The notes under the pieces: model-generated
Databases searched by the model: none
Told to the model about the DNA's origin: nothing
The model's input: the letters and a program-made list of their open reading frames with translations, nothing else
Program-made: the position numbers and the translations under genes
From: the human T2T-CHM13v2.0 reference genome, Homo sapiens
Assembly: GCF_009914755.1 (NCBI RefSeq)
Contig: NC_060927.1
Direction: 5' to 3' (one strand)
DNA: 64,000 bases
Shown: piece by piece, positions 40,602 through 54,227 of the stretch
Numbering within the stretch: position 1 is the stretch's first letter
Layout of the letters: each line of letters opens with the position of its first letter

Positions 40602-43568
40602 TCATTTTGTTTTAAGATCACAGAAGAGCAGAGCATTCATACGTGTAAAGTAACAGAAGAGAGAAACAGAATTTAAATACATTTAAAAAGAAAAGAAAAA
40701 AAGCTTTTTTTCATTTTAATTTTAATTTTTTTTTTTAACACACATTGCGCTTTTTATCTCCTTCACAGAGCTAGTACCCAGGGAAAAAAATCCACCTAAT
40801 AAACAAAAATGAAAAACCTTGAAAAACAAAAAATCCCAAACAAAAAATGGCCATGTGTTTGTATCTTCAAGGGAAGATCAGTTCATGTCTACAGGGCTGA
40901 AAAAAGGAATATATTTATATATATATTTATATGTATATAACACTGTTAATAAGGAGAATTCTAACCAAGAGCAGGATTTATACACCCTTCAGTAGAGCAG
41001 TGATAAGGAAGGTGGGGAGCATTGGGAGATGGGGGAGGGAGTTGGAAGTGTTCTCTTTTGCTTCTCTCCCCCTGAATTTCTTCCCTTTAACCTCCCTACT
41101 CCAAGTAAATACTTAGGGAGCAGAACTTGGCCACAGTTCACCAGGATGAACAATTTCCATTCTCTGGTGAAGAGCAAAGACTTAGGGAAGTGGGTTCAAA
41201 AGAGGCTCCTGGTAGCTTGGGATTGCTGCAGCGTGCCATGAAGCTAGGACTTCCATGGGTTTTCTTCACTTGCAAGAAGCATATTTGTACTGTGCCTGGC
41301 TTTACATAGGGAGGATTGTGCAGAGTAGAATGTGGCTGTAGAAGTAGATCCAGGAGCACTGCCCAAAAAGAGGTACTTCTGAAATGACCATGAAAACGGG
41401 GAGTTGTCCCATGGACAGGTCATTCTCCCACTTAGAGAGAGCTTCATAAGTAATCTAAGCACATCATATATCCTTACCTACACAAAGTGATGTGATTGCT
41501 GGGAAGTGATGAACAAACCCTACTCTTCAGTGACTGGAAACTCTGATGCCTTCTGTTCTTTCAGACAATAAAATCAAAGGACAACTTTGGATAGATGCTA
41601 ACCTGAGCCTCTAGGACAGCTTAGGACAAGAGGATCTGTGCTCAATGCATCTAGAACATGGCACAAGAAAATAATTCCTTATTAATTGCTTGAGAAATCA
41701 TCCTTTCTGCTTACCCTTTTCTCAGAGAACCTAACTTTCACATTTGATTTTGGCCTTCACAACAATTCATACTGTCTTCAACTCTGTAACCTCCTAAATT
41801 GTGTTTATTTTTGTTTTATTTTCAGCTTGTCTTCTTTAAATAGAATTGACTTGTACTTTTTGAAAACAATACTTGTTTTCTCTCCATCTATTTGCTTTAT
41901 TTCATAGCCTATAATTCAAGCTTTGGGAAACTTATCCCATGAGAAATTCCTTCCAAAACAAAATGTATTGTCTTGCCCATTTCTTACAGTTCAGCCTTTG
42001 AACCTGCCTGGGACCCCATGCTTACCGCCATCAGCACAAGCAAAGAGTTTCCAAAGACACACATTTACTGTAATGAGGTACTTGGCCCAGGATGACAGAA
42101 AACTAATGTTTCCTTTCTTATGCACAACGTCCTCATTTGTTACATGCATAATACCCAGTCTGGCTATTTTCCTTCCTATGAAAGATTATTAGAATATAGT
42201 TCCACATTTAGGTTTTATAATATAAACAAGGAAACAACCCCAGCTATGTCAATGTCCTTAGTGTAATTTGAATGTGTCCCTTCTCTACACTGCTATAAAG
42301 TTTTGATCAGAAAAAATTTACAGACCCAGTCCAGAGTCCCTGTATTCTAGCAGTTTTGGGTTTAGAAATGAAGACGGTAGAATGATAGTTCTGAGAAGTG
42401 ATGAGAATACAGAGACCAAACTAGAGATAACAAACAGCTGCTGTTTACAAACAGTGCTGGGCACAGCACTAAGTGAATATTAAATTCTTATTCAGAATAA
42501 AGGTTAGAGTTGAAAGAGATTTTAGAGACGTCAGCCGAATCCCTCACTTTCAGGATGAGAAAACCAAGACTCAGGAAAGTTAAATGACTTGCCAATGTCT
42601 CACAGCTTTATTTGTGGCTGAACTTGGGGTTAGAACCCAATTCTCCTGATTCCCAATTCAATACACCTTCTACCTCACTTTAAAGTTGTCAGTTTATCTT
42701 AGATGATGAGGAAGCAGTACCAAGAAGACACTTGGGGGTTGATACAACAGGCACATGAGCCCTTAAAACTCCTTCCTGTTTTTTTTCTTTTTTTTTCTCT
42801 TAGGTAGATTAGTGCATTTAAAGCCTGAAGTTAATTTGACCTAAAATTTTTATAAGTCTTTGCAGAAAGTTCACTTGTTTCCTGAAATCATCTCCTTGAT
42901 AATTTTTTATGTAACAGTTGTTCATATTGTAGGAATGATATATATGTCATCCTGTTACACGTGTCAGGCACTTCAAAAAGACTCCAAGAGAACATGCCTG
43001 AGAAAGATAACTCCCAATTAAAAATGATTCAGTCCCTCACTTGCAATATTCAGGATAAATGTGTGGAAACATTAGGCTACCAGATAAATAAAAGGTAGTT
43101 ATTTCCTAGGGTGACTCAGCAAGATATTTCTCGAGGATATAACATTTTTTATATTGCACAATTTCTTAGAATCCAGATGGCAAGCTTTCCCACTGCTTTT
43201 GTTGAATGGAAAATAAAAACTGAGTAATATTTTGCTCATCAAGGTTTAGGTCACTTCCTTGGAGCTATTTAAATAAGACATCTTAGATGGTGAGAAAGGA
43301 GTAAAAAGAAGATAGCTGGGAGTGGATACAGCAGACATATAGCCCTTAAAACCTTTCCCTCTATTTCCCTTGCTTTGGGGTCGGGTGAGACAACTACAGC
43401 AACAGTTGGGACAATCTCCACTTAGATCCTGAAAGACCAAAGAGGTGACTTGAGCAGGATATAAACCTTGAACTGTTCCTGTGGGTCTGCTTCCTTTGGC
43501 TAAGGCAACCTCATATTTGGAGCTTTAGTCGTAATTCTTCCGATTCTGAACTGTGAAACGTTTCAGTT

Positions 43569-43584
43569 TTTATTTATTTTTATT
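43569..43584 (-). terminator. LSAMP: Cluster of three AATAAA hexamers (candidate intermediate poly(A) site)
   Basis: TTTATT at 43569, 43573 and 43579 on plus; several UGUA elements upstream on the mRNA strand. Confidence 0.55.
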
Positions 43585-46253
43585 TGATTTTTTTTTCCTT
43601 AAGAATCATAGTAAACCTTAGCAGTAGTTGGGCACTGCATGAAAAATGAAGTTTACATAGTTTATATTATGTACATAAACTAGTGATTTACATTGATTTA
43701 CACATGATTGGTGCCTAATTTATTAATCAGCACGCAGCATGTAAATGTGCTCAAAAGAAATCAAGGTTTAAAATAAGTTTTCCATAATATTCATAAACAT
43801 TTTCGCTGGTGTAAATGTTAAACCTAAACCCAACGTTAACACCAGCTTCCTTGCCAAGAGAAAAGTGAGATGTACATGCTGGGTGAAAACAAATTCTTTC
43901 CTAAATTTTGGTTGGCGACATTTGAACAGCATAGCTACATGCAAATGAGAATAGTTTACTTCTTTTCTGCTAGTATGCACATAAATGTAAACTCCATTTT
44001 GCATTTAGTGAGATGTTTACAGATATTATGCCAACCATGATGGAAAATTTACATCACTGAGGCAAATGCAGTCTTTGGAGAAGAAATATTCTAAACATTT
44101 AAGCAAGGAGGAGGCTTCCTAAACTGCATTTTTGTTTCTTATCTCACCATTTTTGTGGTGTGTTTCACATTTGTCTTCAAAATATTAATAGTTTATGTAG
44201 GTAAGATATAGCACTGTACTTACATTTCTCTTAAAAAATGATATTGGTAACCAAGACTAAATGCAGGCTAAAAGTGTATGAGGATGAAAAGAAAAATGAG
44301 GACATGGTTAATCCCATTAAACATAGTCTATAAGCAAATTTCTTTTCGCCAAATAATTACAAAACGGAAAAAGTGGGGCTCTATGTCTTTCTACGTGAGC
44401 ATAGATTTTCTTTCTAAACAACCAAATTCAGTACTTTTCTTCCTTTTAAGATCAAAACATTATTCTTAATTTGTCTTATAATACATACATTATTGTAAAT
44501 ATAGCATCTATAAAGATAAAAAATACACACACTATATATTATTGTTTTCCACAAATAATTCGAGCCCTGCAAAGAACAAAATGAAAAATTCAGGGAGAAT
44601 AGCCAATAGAAACAGTGAAACCACAACCAACTCAGGGATGGAATCTGCGACTCTGGAGGATTCAAGAAGCTCACAACTTGGTAAAGTAATAACTCAAACA
44701 ATTTCATGCTGAGGAGTTTAGCTTTTGTGTGCAAAGGAGGTAAGTCCATTTTTGGAGGAGAAACAGATTTTTGTTTGGTCCTCCAAGAACGTGAAAATCA
44801 CGAGTACTTTTACAAGGTCTCTATAAGTAGCCCCAGTAGTCTGACTATGTAGTAAAAAAATGCCCATGGCAAGCGAGAAGTCTGTCTGACTTGGAAGAGA
44901 AGGCAAAGGTCAATGGGGCAGTCCTTCCTGAGAGAAAACCCATCTGCTTTTCTATAAGCCTTAGTTCTTTTAAGACATGGGGATTTCATGTCTCGAAACA
45001 AACAAGACTTTTTATCCAGCAAGGCAAAACCTTTGCTCAACAATTGCACAGAGCATAATTACAATTCTGCAGTTGTAAAGCCCTGGATAGTTCTCATTCT
45101 TCAGGAAGCACCCTGGGTCAAAGTCATTTCTGTTTTTGTTAACTGAAAGTTGGGTCTAAGGATTTCCTTTTACGAATGGTGGAGTTTTACTTTGTATACA
45201 AAGGATATTAAATATATTAGCCACTCAGATTAATTGATGAATTTCACTCCTCTCAGTATATTATTTCCAACCAGTTGGTGCTTTTCAGTGCGGGGTTTCA
45301 AACTTTGATTACCAAGGGACAAGATTCTTGAAGGAATTTATTCCAATATGATTAACTAAATTCCAAGAAGTCTTATGTTGAGATTCAATGATTTCTTGGT
45401 GTCAGTCCTCTGGCCCTACCTTTCCCTGACTTTTCTCTAAACTATATTTTCCTCCATTGTTCACACTGCTTAGGGAACACTTTCAATCCTATGAAATTTC
45501 TGGGGACAATGTTTTCTCTGAAACAGGAACCAGAAGCAAATTTTTAAAATTTCAAGATCCTGCTAGAGACACAGGCAAACACCACATTTAAATATATGTT
45601 TAATTATGTTTAATATATGGTCCATTATATTAAAACTGAGGGAACAAACGGTGCTGACATGGCAGACATTTATTTCAATGGAGAAGTTCCTCCCATGAAA
45701 CCAAGACCTTGTCCTCATGATAAAGTGGAGACAATAAGAAAGCCAGGTATATAATTAAGGCCTGTGACATGCCATGGGGATCTGTTCCTGAAGGTAATAC
45801 TAACATCCAACTTCTAACAACATCCAACTTAACTCCTACTTTTCTCTTCCTGTATATCTTTAAATTAGCATGCGCTTTTCTAAAGCCACACACTTAAGTG
45901 TGTGACTGCCTCTTCAATTTTTGGGGAATGCTTATTATTAAAGATGATACCCTTTATTCTTGAACTAAGAAGACCAAACTGTTAAGAGAAATACCTGATT
46001 GTCAATAAATTGATGCTGCATAGGAATATGGCTCACCTTCCCTATATTTTACTAGCTACCTTCTTGGATGAGAATTTGTTTTCTCTCCTATGTCAGAATC
46101 TGCTATAAACACTCTTAACCATCCCCAAGCTGAATTTTTCCTTGTATCAAGTCTAAACTGCAAAATCATGAAAGAAGGCTGTGATAAGCTTCTAAAACAA
46201 ACAATAAAATCCCTTAGAAGAAATTGAAGAAATTAACAATGCTACTTAGATCT

Positions 46254-46410
46254 TTCTCCCTCCTGCCTTCCTTTCCTTTCTCCTTCCTTCCTTCCTTCCT
46301 TCCTTCCTCCCTCCCTCCCTCCCTCCCTCCCTCCCTCCCTCCCCCCCTTCCCCGTCCCCCCCTCCCTGCCTTCCTTCCTTCCTTCCTTCCTTCTTTCCTT
46401 TCTTTTTTTC
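46254..46410. repeat. (CCTT)n/(CCCT)n polypyrimidine-polypurine tract
   Basis: Directly visible. Confidence 0.95.
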
Positions 46411-48414
46411 CAGTTACAAAGTTTCTCATTTTATAACATGGAACAGCTATTTACAAGGTTCCAACTTAATGACATACCATATTTGGCTCTGCAAGATTAC
46501 ATTCAAATATAATCTCAAAATAATTCTCTGTCCTCTCATGAACTGAACCACTTTCAGTGCTTACTACTGTGTAAGTGAGAGCAAGGGTTGGTTTTCTGAC
46601 AAAGACATCTATATGCAGAGAGCCAGCTCTCTCGGCAAGACATTTCCTAAGAAATCCTTCTGGTGATGTGGTAACACCAAGCTTTGTGGTACTCATAAAA
46701 TTTCTGTCTAAATTTATTACAAGTTGCCCAGCAATTTTGGTTAAGGACCTAGATCACATTTCAGTGTTAATGTCAAGATGACTCTTATAGATGTAAATTT
46801 AAATAGAGCAGGGAAGATGAATATCATGCAATTCTTAGCACCCTGGCATAGGATAACAGTGGACCACCATGAACAGTGGTGCTGCAAACACCATCAGTGA
46901 AACAGAACAGGGATTATGCAGGCAACCAAATAAAACATTAACCTAGAACACTGGGAAAAACATCTGCAGAGGAGCACAAGGAGTGAACTGCTTTTCATTA
47001 TGGCCAGTGCTCTGTATTAGAGCTCTGACAGTATCTCCAGAATACAGTAGGAGCCTGGGCATCTGTTGACTTTTTCTGCCTTGCTCACTTTCACTGTATT
47101 TTATCTGAAATAGGAAACAATCTCTGCTCAGGGGAATTCATGGGACAAATGTTATTTAAGATTAGGGAGGAGGTAAAACAGGGCTGCTTAGGATCTCCAA
47201 GTGGTTCATCATTCTTTCACTGGGAGTTGACACTTGGAGACCTTCCTGTTTCTGGGGATTTACTCAACACATGCTGCTCATTTTCACAGTGGAGCAGGGC
47301 CTACCCTGTTAAATGCCAGGAAATATAAGAATCCCTCAGACTCATGAAATGAGAGTAAAATCTGAAATTTTCTCTCCTAGGTCACCTCGTCCACGTCATA
47401 ATTCCTTATGCTGTTTGCTTACCTCATCGATAGTAGGCACTTTCATTTACAGTGATATTCTGAGTGACTCCCCACTCGGTTCTGATGATGGGACTAGGAG
47501 GAATATGGGGTCCTGCCCTTGGAAGGAGCATAGCTTGGTTTGAATACACACTGATGCCATGTGACAGCCATGGATGTAGGGAGGACTCTGCTCCTTGCCT
47601 CTTTCCCCACCATCTCCCCCAGCAACTTGTTACAGCCGCATCTCACAATTACAATGCAGGACAGTATCTACAGCACAATGAGTCTATGTACACATGGACC
47701 ATTCCCTTGGCATGCTTTAGAGAGAGACACACACACGCTCACACACACGTACACCCACGTGAGAGCGAAAGACTTGAGCACACACGCACAGTGGAGAAAA
47801 TTAAAATGGCACTTCCTAGCATTTGCGGCATGACTAGTGCTCTGGGGAGGGGGTGGAGGTGAGGAGAGGTGAGGGAGGAAAGGTGGGTGAAAAGGGAGTA
47901 TCTAGGGTGGGTGTGGGGGAGATAGAACGCACTGGAGGGAGAGGGGATGATCTCTAAAGTTGGAGAGATAGTGGAGGAAGGAAAGCCAGAGAAAGGCTCA
48001 ACATAAGATTCCATTGATAGTCTGAAGTGGCTACAAGTCAGCTCAAATGAAAAATAGAATTAAAAGGTTATGGAAATATAAACACCAAAGGCAAGACCTT
48101 ATTTTTTTCCCCACAGATGAAAAAAGATGAAGGAAGGAAGGATAAAGTGTGTGTTGGGGGGGCTTAATATCCATCTGGTTCTTCTCTTATTTTTACAGCA
48201 TCCAGATGTCCTTAGTGTGGTATAGTCTTTACACAGCATACATTTGCTTAGTAGATATAAACACATCCCAGTAGAACCTTCTCCATCCTGAATGATACAT
48301 AAATTTTTAATGATGGACTGTAAAATTGTTTTAAATGTTGTATTTTCTTCTTCACTTTCTTATTTCCCCCTTCATGTATAAACACACAAAGTTGTGAAAT
48401 AAACGGTCTCCCCC

Positions 48415-48415
48415 A

Positions 48416-48451
<36 letters not shown>

Positions 48452-48456
48452 TCTCT
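48415..48456. repeat. (CT)n microsatellite in the proximal 3' UTR
   Basis: Directly visible. Confidence 0.95.
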
Positions 48457-48514
48457 GTATTCTGTGTGACGCATTTTTGTGTGTTTTTTAAATTATTTTT
48501 AAATTTTTATTCTA

Positions 48515-48612
48515 TTAACATTTGCTGAGAAGGCAGAGCAGAGATGCTGCCAGCAGCCACAGTGGTACGGCCAGACTGATGGATCCATTTATTCCTCTCA
48601 CCGACCCAGGTC
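48515..48612 (-). CDS. LSAMP: LSAMP terminal coding exon (GPI-anchor signal)
   Basis: Strong acceptor (long pyrimidine tract, CTGCAG|GA); phase-1 translation [34 protein letters not shown] is recognised as the LSAMP C-terminus. Confidence 0.97.
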
Positions 48613-51374
48613 CTGCAGAGCAAAAGAGGAGAGAGAAAAAGAGAATGAGTTACATGGGCCCACTGTATGTTATAGCTGACTGCTGATGGTATCAGAGGTA
48701 AGACCTGGCCGGGTACTAGCGTCTCAAAGTTACTGCACTTATGTGCAGCCCAAGAAGCGCTCAAAACTTTTCTAAATCCTTCTCCTCCTTGGGCTACAAG
48801 TATCCTAAGGGGCATCATTGGCTGAAACACTTCTAAATACAAAATGCTTTTGCCGGGTAAGTCCTTAAACTGGCTATCACTAATGTGTCTGATGGTACAG
48901 CAGGCTCCTGTTCACCCAGCCTCCTCCTGTTGGCCCTGCCCGAAGTAACTCTCTGGGGCCAGCACTCATTAAGGTTCCAAGCATTGGTGAGGGTCCTCCA
49001 GCAGTCAGACATGGGTCTTCTGGCCAATTCATCACGGCATCTCCACAAATAAAGCATGGAACCAATCCACGACTCCCTCTGTCCCCGGGGGGAGGCAGTA
49101 ATTACTTATTTGCTAATGGGGAGGGGAACTGTTTTAAAGTAATGCTTATGGCTAGATGGTACCTTAGCAAGGGAGAAAATAAGTCAATACATCTTAAAAT
49201 CTTAAGAGGCAGCAAAGGATCAACTCCTCCAAACTCTTCATTTGTCACTTTAAAAATCAAAAACAAAAACAAAGACGATAACAACAAAAATAAACAAACA
49301 CACCTAGAGCGGTTGAGAGGCAGGTCCAAACCATGAGCAGAACTGAGATTTGAACTCACCCAGATTAACCTGGAATGGCCATCCGTGTTTCCTGCTGCCA
49401 CCTTAGTTTTCCCAATGTGGACACAATTTGGGGGATGTGGGTGTGGGTCTGAGAGGGGAAATAGGATGGATAGGAAGCTGGAGAAGGGGCTTGTGTGTTC
49501 ATAAAAGAGAGGATTGGGGAGGAGGAAATCAGTGGTCTGGCAGAAGAGCTTATCATCTCTGCTTTGCTTGTTCCATTTTCTCCATTTGTATAGTTCTGCT
49601 CATATTCCATTAAAGTGAAAAAATAGTATTTTTCACTACAGGGACTTTTGGATTTAAGACTACATACTTAAACAATGATGTTCAAAAGAGAAACTGGTGT
49701 GACTGTAATTGTCAGTCACTTAAAAATTTTGAGAGTGCATATGCAGATGGATTATGTGTGAGTGTGTGTGTGTGTGTAAAACTATGATGGTTTGCAGGTA
49801 TGATGGAAGCATCCCCTGGTATGTGAATTTTTCCAAAACTGTTTACAAACATACCCAATTGGAGATAGGATAACAAGGAAAAATGCCAAATTCCATGGTC
49901 TCCTAATCTATGCTTTATGTAAATAATAAAAGCAACAACAACAATAAGAACGAAACCACAAACGATTATACAGCACTTACTACACGATTTTGTCACAACT
50001 GCCTTATAAATATAAGCACACAACCATGCTATAAGGTAGATACTATGATGAAACCTGTTTTACAGTGAAATGATCGAGGCACAGGGAGATTGGATGCACT
50101 GTACAAGTTTACACAGCTTGTAAGCAGAGGAGCTGGGGTTTTTACCCAGGTATCTGGCTCCAGAGTCTTTGCCTGTAAGTACTACACAGTAAAGGGGTGA
50201 CTGTAAGTCTCCTGTCAACATTCAGCAAATTAAACTTGGGTTTGATTAAAATGGTCAGCACAAACAAAAACAAGGAGACAACTACTATCATTGCAAAGAA
50301 GATTTTTGATAGGAGAGTTTTGGCTAGAATACCTTCTTGAGAATATTAAAAACATCACCCAATATAAAAATATGAACATATACAAACTTTGATCAGCATA
50401 CAGTATAAAATGAGCTGTATTATGTGTAAATCTATGGAAACACAGAATAAAGATTCAATAAATTAATTATCTGATTTTCTGAATTGTTATAGGATCATAT
50501 TAACAAAAGGCACCTTAGCTACCTTCAGGTTCATGCATTTCATGAGGAATTAAGGTTCAATGAGATTCTGTATCTTGCATGAAAGCACCCGATTAGTAAT
50601 TGTTGACCAGGTGCTTAAATTCAAGTGTCTTAAGTCATCTCAAGGCCTTTCCTAATCCACTTCTATGTCTCCTACTCCCACCCTTTTTGGACTTTTGGGA
50701 CCTTCAAGCTCTCTTAGTGGCAACTTCCCCCAGGGCTTTTGGGCTGGTAGGAATGTTACTTTCCTAACCTTTTAGTCTTTCTATGTACACTAGATGGCAA
50801 GAGCTCCTTGGCATGTTTGGTTGTATTTGTGTATTGATGAGGTTTTCAAAACAGAGAAAAACTACACAAAAATTAAAGCCATAGAGGGTTAGGCAAAAAA
50901 TACTTGTGTTTGCACCAGAGATAGTGTAAAACAAAAGGTTTTCAGAAAGGGTCCAATTCTGCTGATTTCCTCAATCTCATTTTTAGTGCAAGGACAGGCT
51001 AGTTTATCTTGTAGACATCCTGGAGCTGAATGATATCTTGGGAAGGTTAAGACTAGTCTTATCATTTTATTTGACAGTGATAAGTATTTGAGAAAGCCAA
51101 AATTCCATTATTGAAAAATATGTTACAGAATATATGAACCTAGATAAACATGTTCACATATAACATTCTTGATAATACATGTATACATACATATACATAC
51201 AAAGTATATGTTATATACTTATATATGCAAATGATATACACACATATTATTGATCTTTTACAAATAATTCAGAATTAACTGTTATTTTCACGTGCTATTC
51301 TATGTTATAATGAGGAATCTCAGTATAACTATGTTAATAATCTTTAATTTTATCCTTCATAATATTATTATATA

Positions 51375-51700
51375 CAGTCATATGCTACATTACATTTCAG
51401 TCAAAGATGAACCACGTATACAAAGGAGGTCCTATAAAGTTATAGCACTGCATTTTTACCATACCTTTCCTGTCTAGATAAGTTTATATACACAAATACT
51501 TACCATTGCCCATAGTATTCTCTATAGTAACATGCTTACAGGTTTTTAGCCTGGGAATAGGCTATACCATATATACTAGGTGTGTAATAAGCTATATTAT
51601 TGAGGTTTGTGTAAGTATATTCTATGATGTTCACAAGAATGAAGTCACATAATAATGCATTTCTCAGAATGTATCCCAGTCATTAAGTGATGTATAAGTA
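51375..51700 (+). mobile_element. Tigger3a-like DNA transposon
   Basis: TA-CAGTCATATGC start; AATAGGCTATACCATATA and TGCATTTCTCAGAATGTATCCC motifs. Confidence 0.75.
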
Positions 51701-53153
51701 TATTTGAAACTTATTTTGTGCATCAGTTAAAGATATCTTCATCTCTATCAATTATTATTTATTAAGTGCTCTCATATAGCTATTTAGTGTACTTATATGA
51801 CTTACTCTTTTCATAACTGGGTTTGAGAGTAAATAAATAGGCTTAAAAATACAAGGGTAAATGGGTGGTAGTTGGGAAATCATCACAAGTGTGTATGCAA
51901 TTATAGATATATGTGACTGCATAGGAGACTACTTCAGTTAATGGCTATTTCAGGGAAGAATAATCAGCAAAATCATTAATTATGTTTTACTTCAGAGTTA
52001 TGAAATTTCTGCTTATTTGTGGAAATGCAAATGATAAATCTTATTTCCCACACCAGATGGCCAAGCTCAGCAAGTGCTTTCATATACTGACAGATAAAAT
52101 GAAAGCAAGAGTCTGCAAACATAAATTAGCCTTAAGAATAGATGGGCAAATAGAACCACAATTCATATTTTGCTATGTCTTTTTCATATAACAGACAAAA
52201 ATTATATTTTAGTATCCAATCCATTCTATATGTGTGTTATATATGTGCACACCCACTGATGTATGTGGTATCTGGTAAACATTCAGTAAATTGTATTATT
52301 ACTAATCCAAATGCAGAAGTTTGGATTACAGAAAGAGATGAAATACCAACCTGAATCAAAGGCATTGATTTGTGAAATGGGTCAAGGCTTTTAATGTTGA
52401 CTCAAGGAGCAAAATTCAGCTGCAGCAGGACTGCAAATCATAAGTCAACATGCCAGGTCAAGGTTCTCAACCCCAAGGTGGAATAAGTTAGATTCTGTGT
52501 CCAGGTGAATGCTGGATTGCACTTTCCCATAACAATGAAAGAGAATTTGTGATTAAGGGCAAGATAGATAAAACATTCTGAAACTGAGGGATATGAGAAT
52601 TTTTTTGGCAAGTCTCTAGACTATAAATTTGTTTCAGGATCTGGAGCCAATTGATTTGTTTTTCAGAAAAATCTCAAGTAAAGGACCAGGTGATTTTTCA
52701 ACACCTGTTTTAGCGTATGCTTAGAGACATTTTGTAATTCAAATCTGGTCAACGGTTTTCTGTTGCTCCTCCTAGGAGCCCATTTCTTGGATTTAGGACT
52801 AAATTCATTCAAAGGGGTTGTCAATTATGCTTTCAGTGATCCTTGGATATTCCTTTCAGCCACTAAGAAATCAAGATAAATCATAATTTTATTCCAGTTT
52901 GTAGTTCAGCCATACGAGAAAAAAAGCCAGAGGAGTTAAAGTTTGAATTCTCTTAGAATTATTAAGGGCTGATTGAGTGACTGAAAATAGAACAAAATTC
53001 TAAACAATTTGTAAAATACTTGTTTAACAAAGGAGAACAGTAATCTACACAGTCTCCTAAGAATCTGCCTCCCGTAGCATCTAGCCCAGCGGACTAAGGC
53101 ATGTTGGTATCCTGGGAAGATGCATTTAGAAGGAAGCCTGATAAAATTGACTT

Positions 53154-53172
53154 TGGCGCCACCTGCTGTCCA
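53154..53172 (-). promoter_or_regulatory. CTCF motif (intronic)
   Basis: Minus strand TGGACAGCAGGTGGCGCCA is near consensus. Confidence 0.65.
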
Positions 53173-53253
53173 TTTTCTGCCAGTACAGCTTCCTCTGGGT
53201 GAATGAACTGGGGATTAAAGCTCAGGCTGGAGCAAATTAGAGGAGGGGAAATA

Positions 53254-53574
53254 CGGTAGTCCCCCCTTATCAGTGGCTTTGTTTTCTGCCGTTTCACTTA
53301 CCTGAGGTACATACAGTACAATAAGATGTTCAGAGAGAGAGAGAGAAAGAGAAAGATAACATTCACATAACTTTTATTACAGTATTTTGTTAGAATTGTT
53401 TTATTATTATTGTAGTTAATCTCTTACGGGGCCTAATTTATAAATTAAACTTCATCATACGTATGTATATGAAAAAATATAGCGTATATAGGTAGGGTTC
53501 TGTACTATCTGCAGTTTCAGGCATCCACTGGGGTCCTGGGGCCATATCCCCTGAGGATAAGTGGGAACTACTAC
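53254..53574. mobile_element. Tigger4-like (MER46/Zombi) DNA transposon
   Basis: Inverted ends GTAGTCCCCCCTTATC ... GATAAGTGGGAACTAC. Confidence 0.8.
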
Positions 53575-54054
53575 ATCGATGTTTTCTTTGAGTAATGGGT
53601 CTTAAAATCAATTGAATGTGAGCTCTTCCTACATTTTCTTTAGCACTTTATGCATTTTCTCTACTCTCTATAAAGCGAGATTTTGGTAATATTCTCACAT
53701 TAAAGTCAGAATCATCACATCTTTTTCATCAACACAGCAGCAAGTATTTTGGCATACAAGTTTTTAAAATTTTAGTCCAATACGTAGAACTTCTGGTGAC
53801 ACTGGCAGTTTATTTTGTCTTTGAAATAAAAAACAATGCTATGCCTTATTTTTTCAACCACATATCAAAGCCATAATGTATCACATATAACACTAGCCAC
53901 TTAAGATTAAAACATAATTGGTAATCGTGGCATTGAGAAGAAAAGAAAGGCTGAAAGGGACAATATTTTATGCCTTCTTGAAGGCCTCAAATGATCCTGT
54001 TTCCAAGTATATATTCATGGCTGCCTCTTCCCTGTTGCCTTCAGTGAGGACCTT

Positions 54055-54227
54055 CTAGCACTGGCCATAAATACGGTGCTGGCCCTTTCTTGGGAGTAAG
54101 CAACAAAGTGTCCATAATCTCTGTGGCTCTTGATCACTGGTGGGATGTAAGTTCCGCAAGAATAGATTTCCACAGTTGAGAGTGATCTTGGTTGTCTCAC
54201 CCCTCTGAGACTCAGAGAGGAAGATGC
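54055..54227 (-). CDS. Candidate alternative last coding exon of LSAMP (non-GPI C-terminus)
   Basis: AG|GC acceptor in phase 1 opens (G)IFLSESQRG...RIYGQC-TAG; AATAAA at 53809-53814; the acceptor is weak and the exon unproven. Confidence 0.3.

Larger units (their letters stand above)
40572..48514 (-). other. LSAMP: LSAMP long 3' UTR (~7.9 kb); distal end approximate
   Basis: Follows the stop codon; almost devoid of transposons; AU/U-rich; ends ~20 nt past an AATAAA that has GU-rich downstream sequence. Confidence 0.75.

Noticed and set aside
47464-47862. 132-aa plus-strand ORF antisense to the LSAMP UTR
   Set aside because: It has a non-ATG start, includes CA-repeat-derived residues and shows no coding signature.
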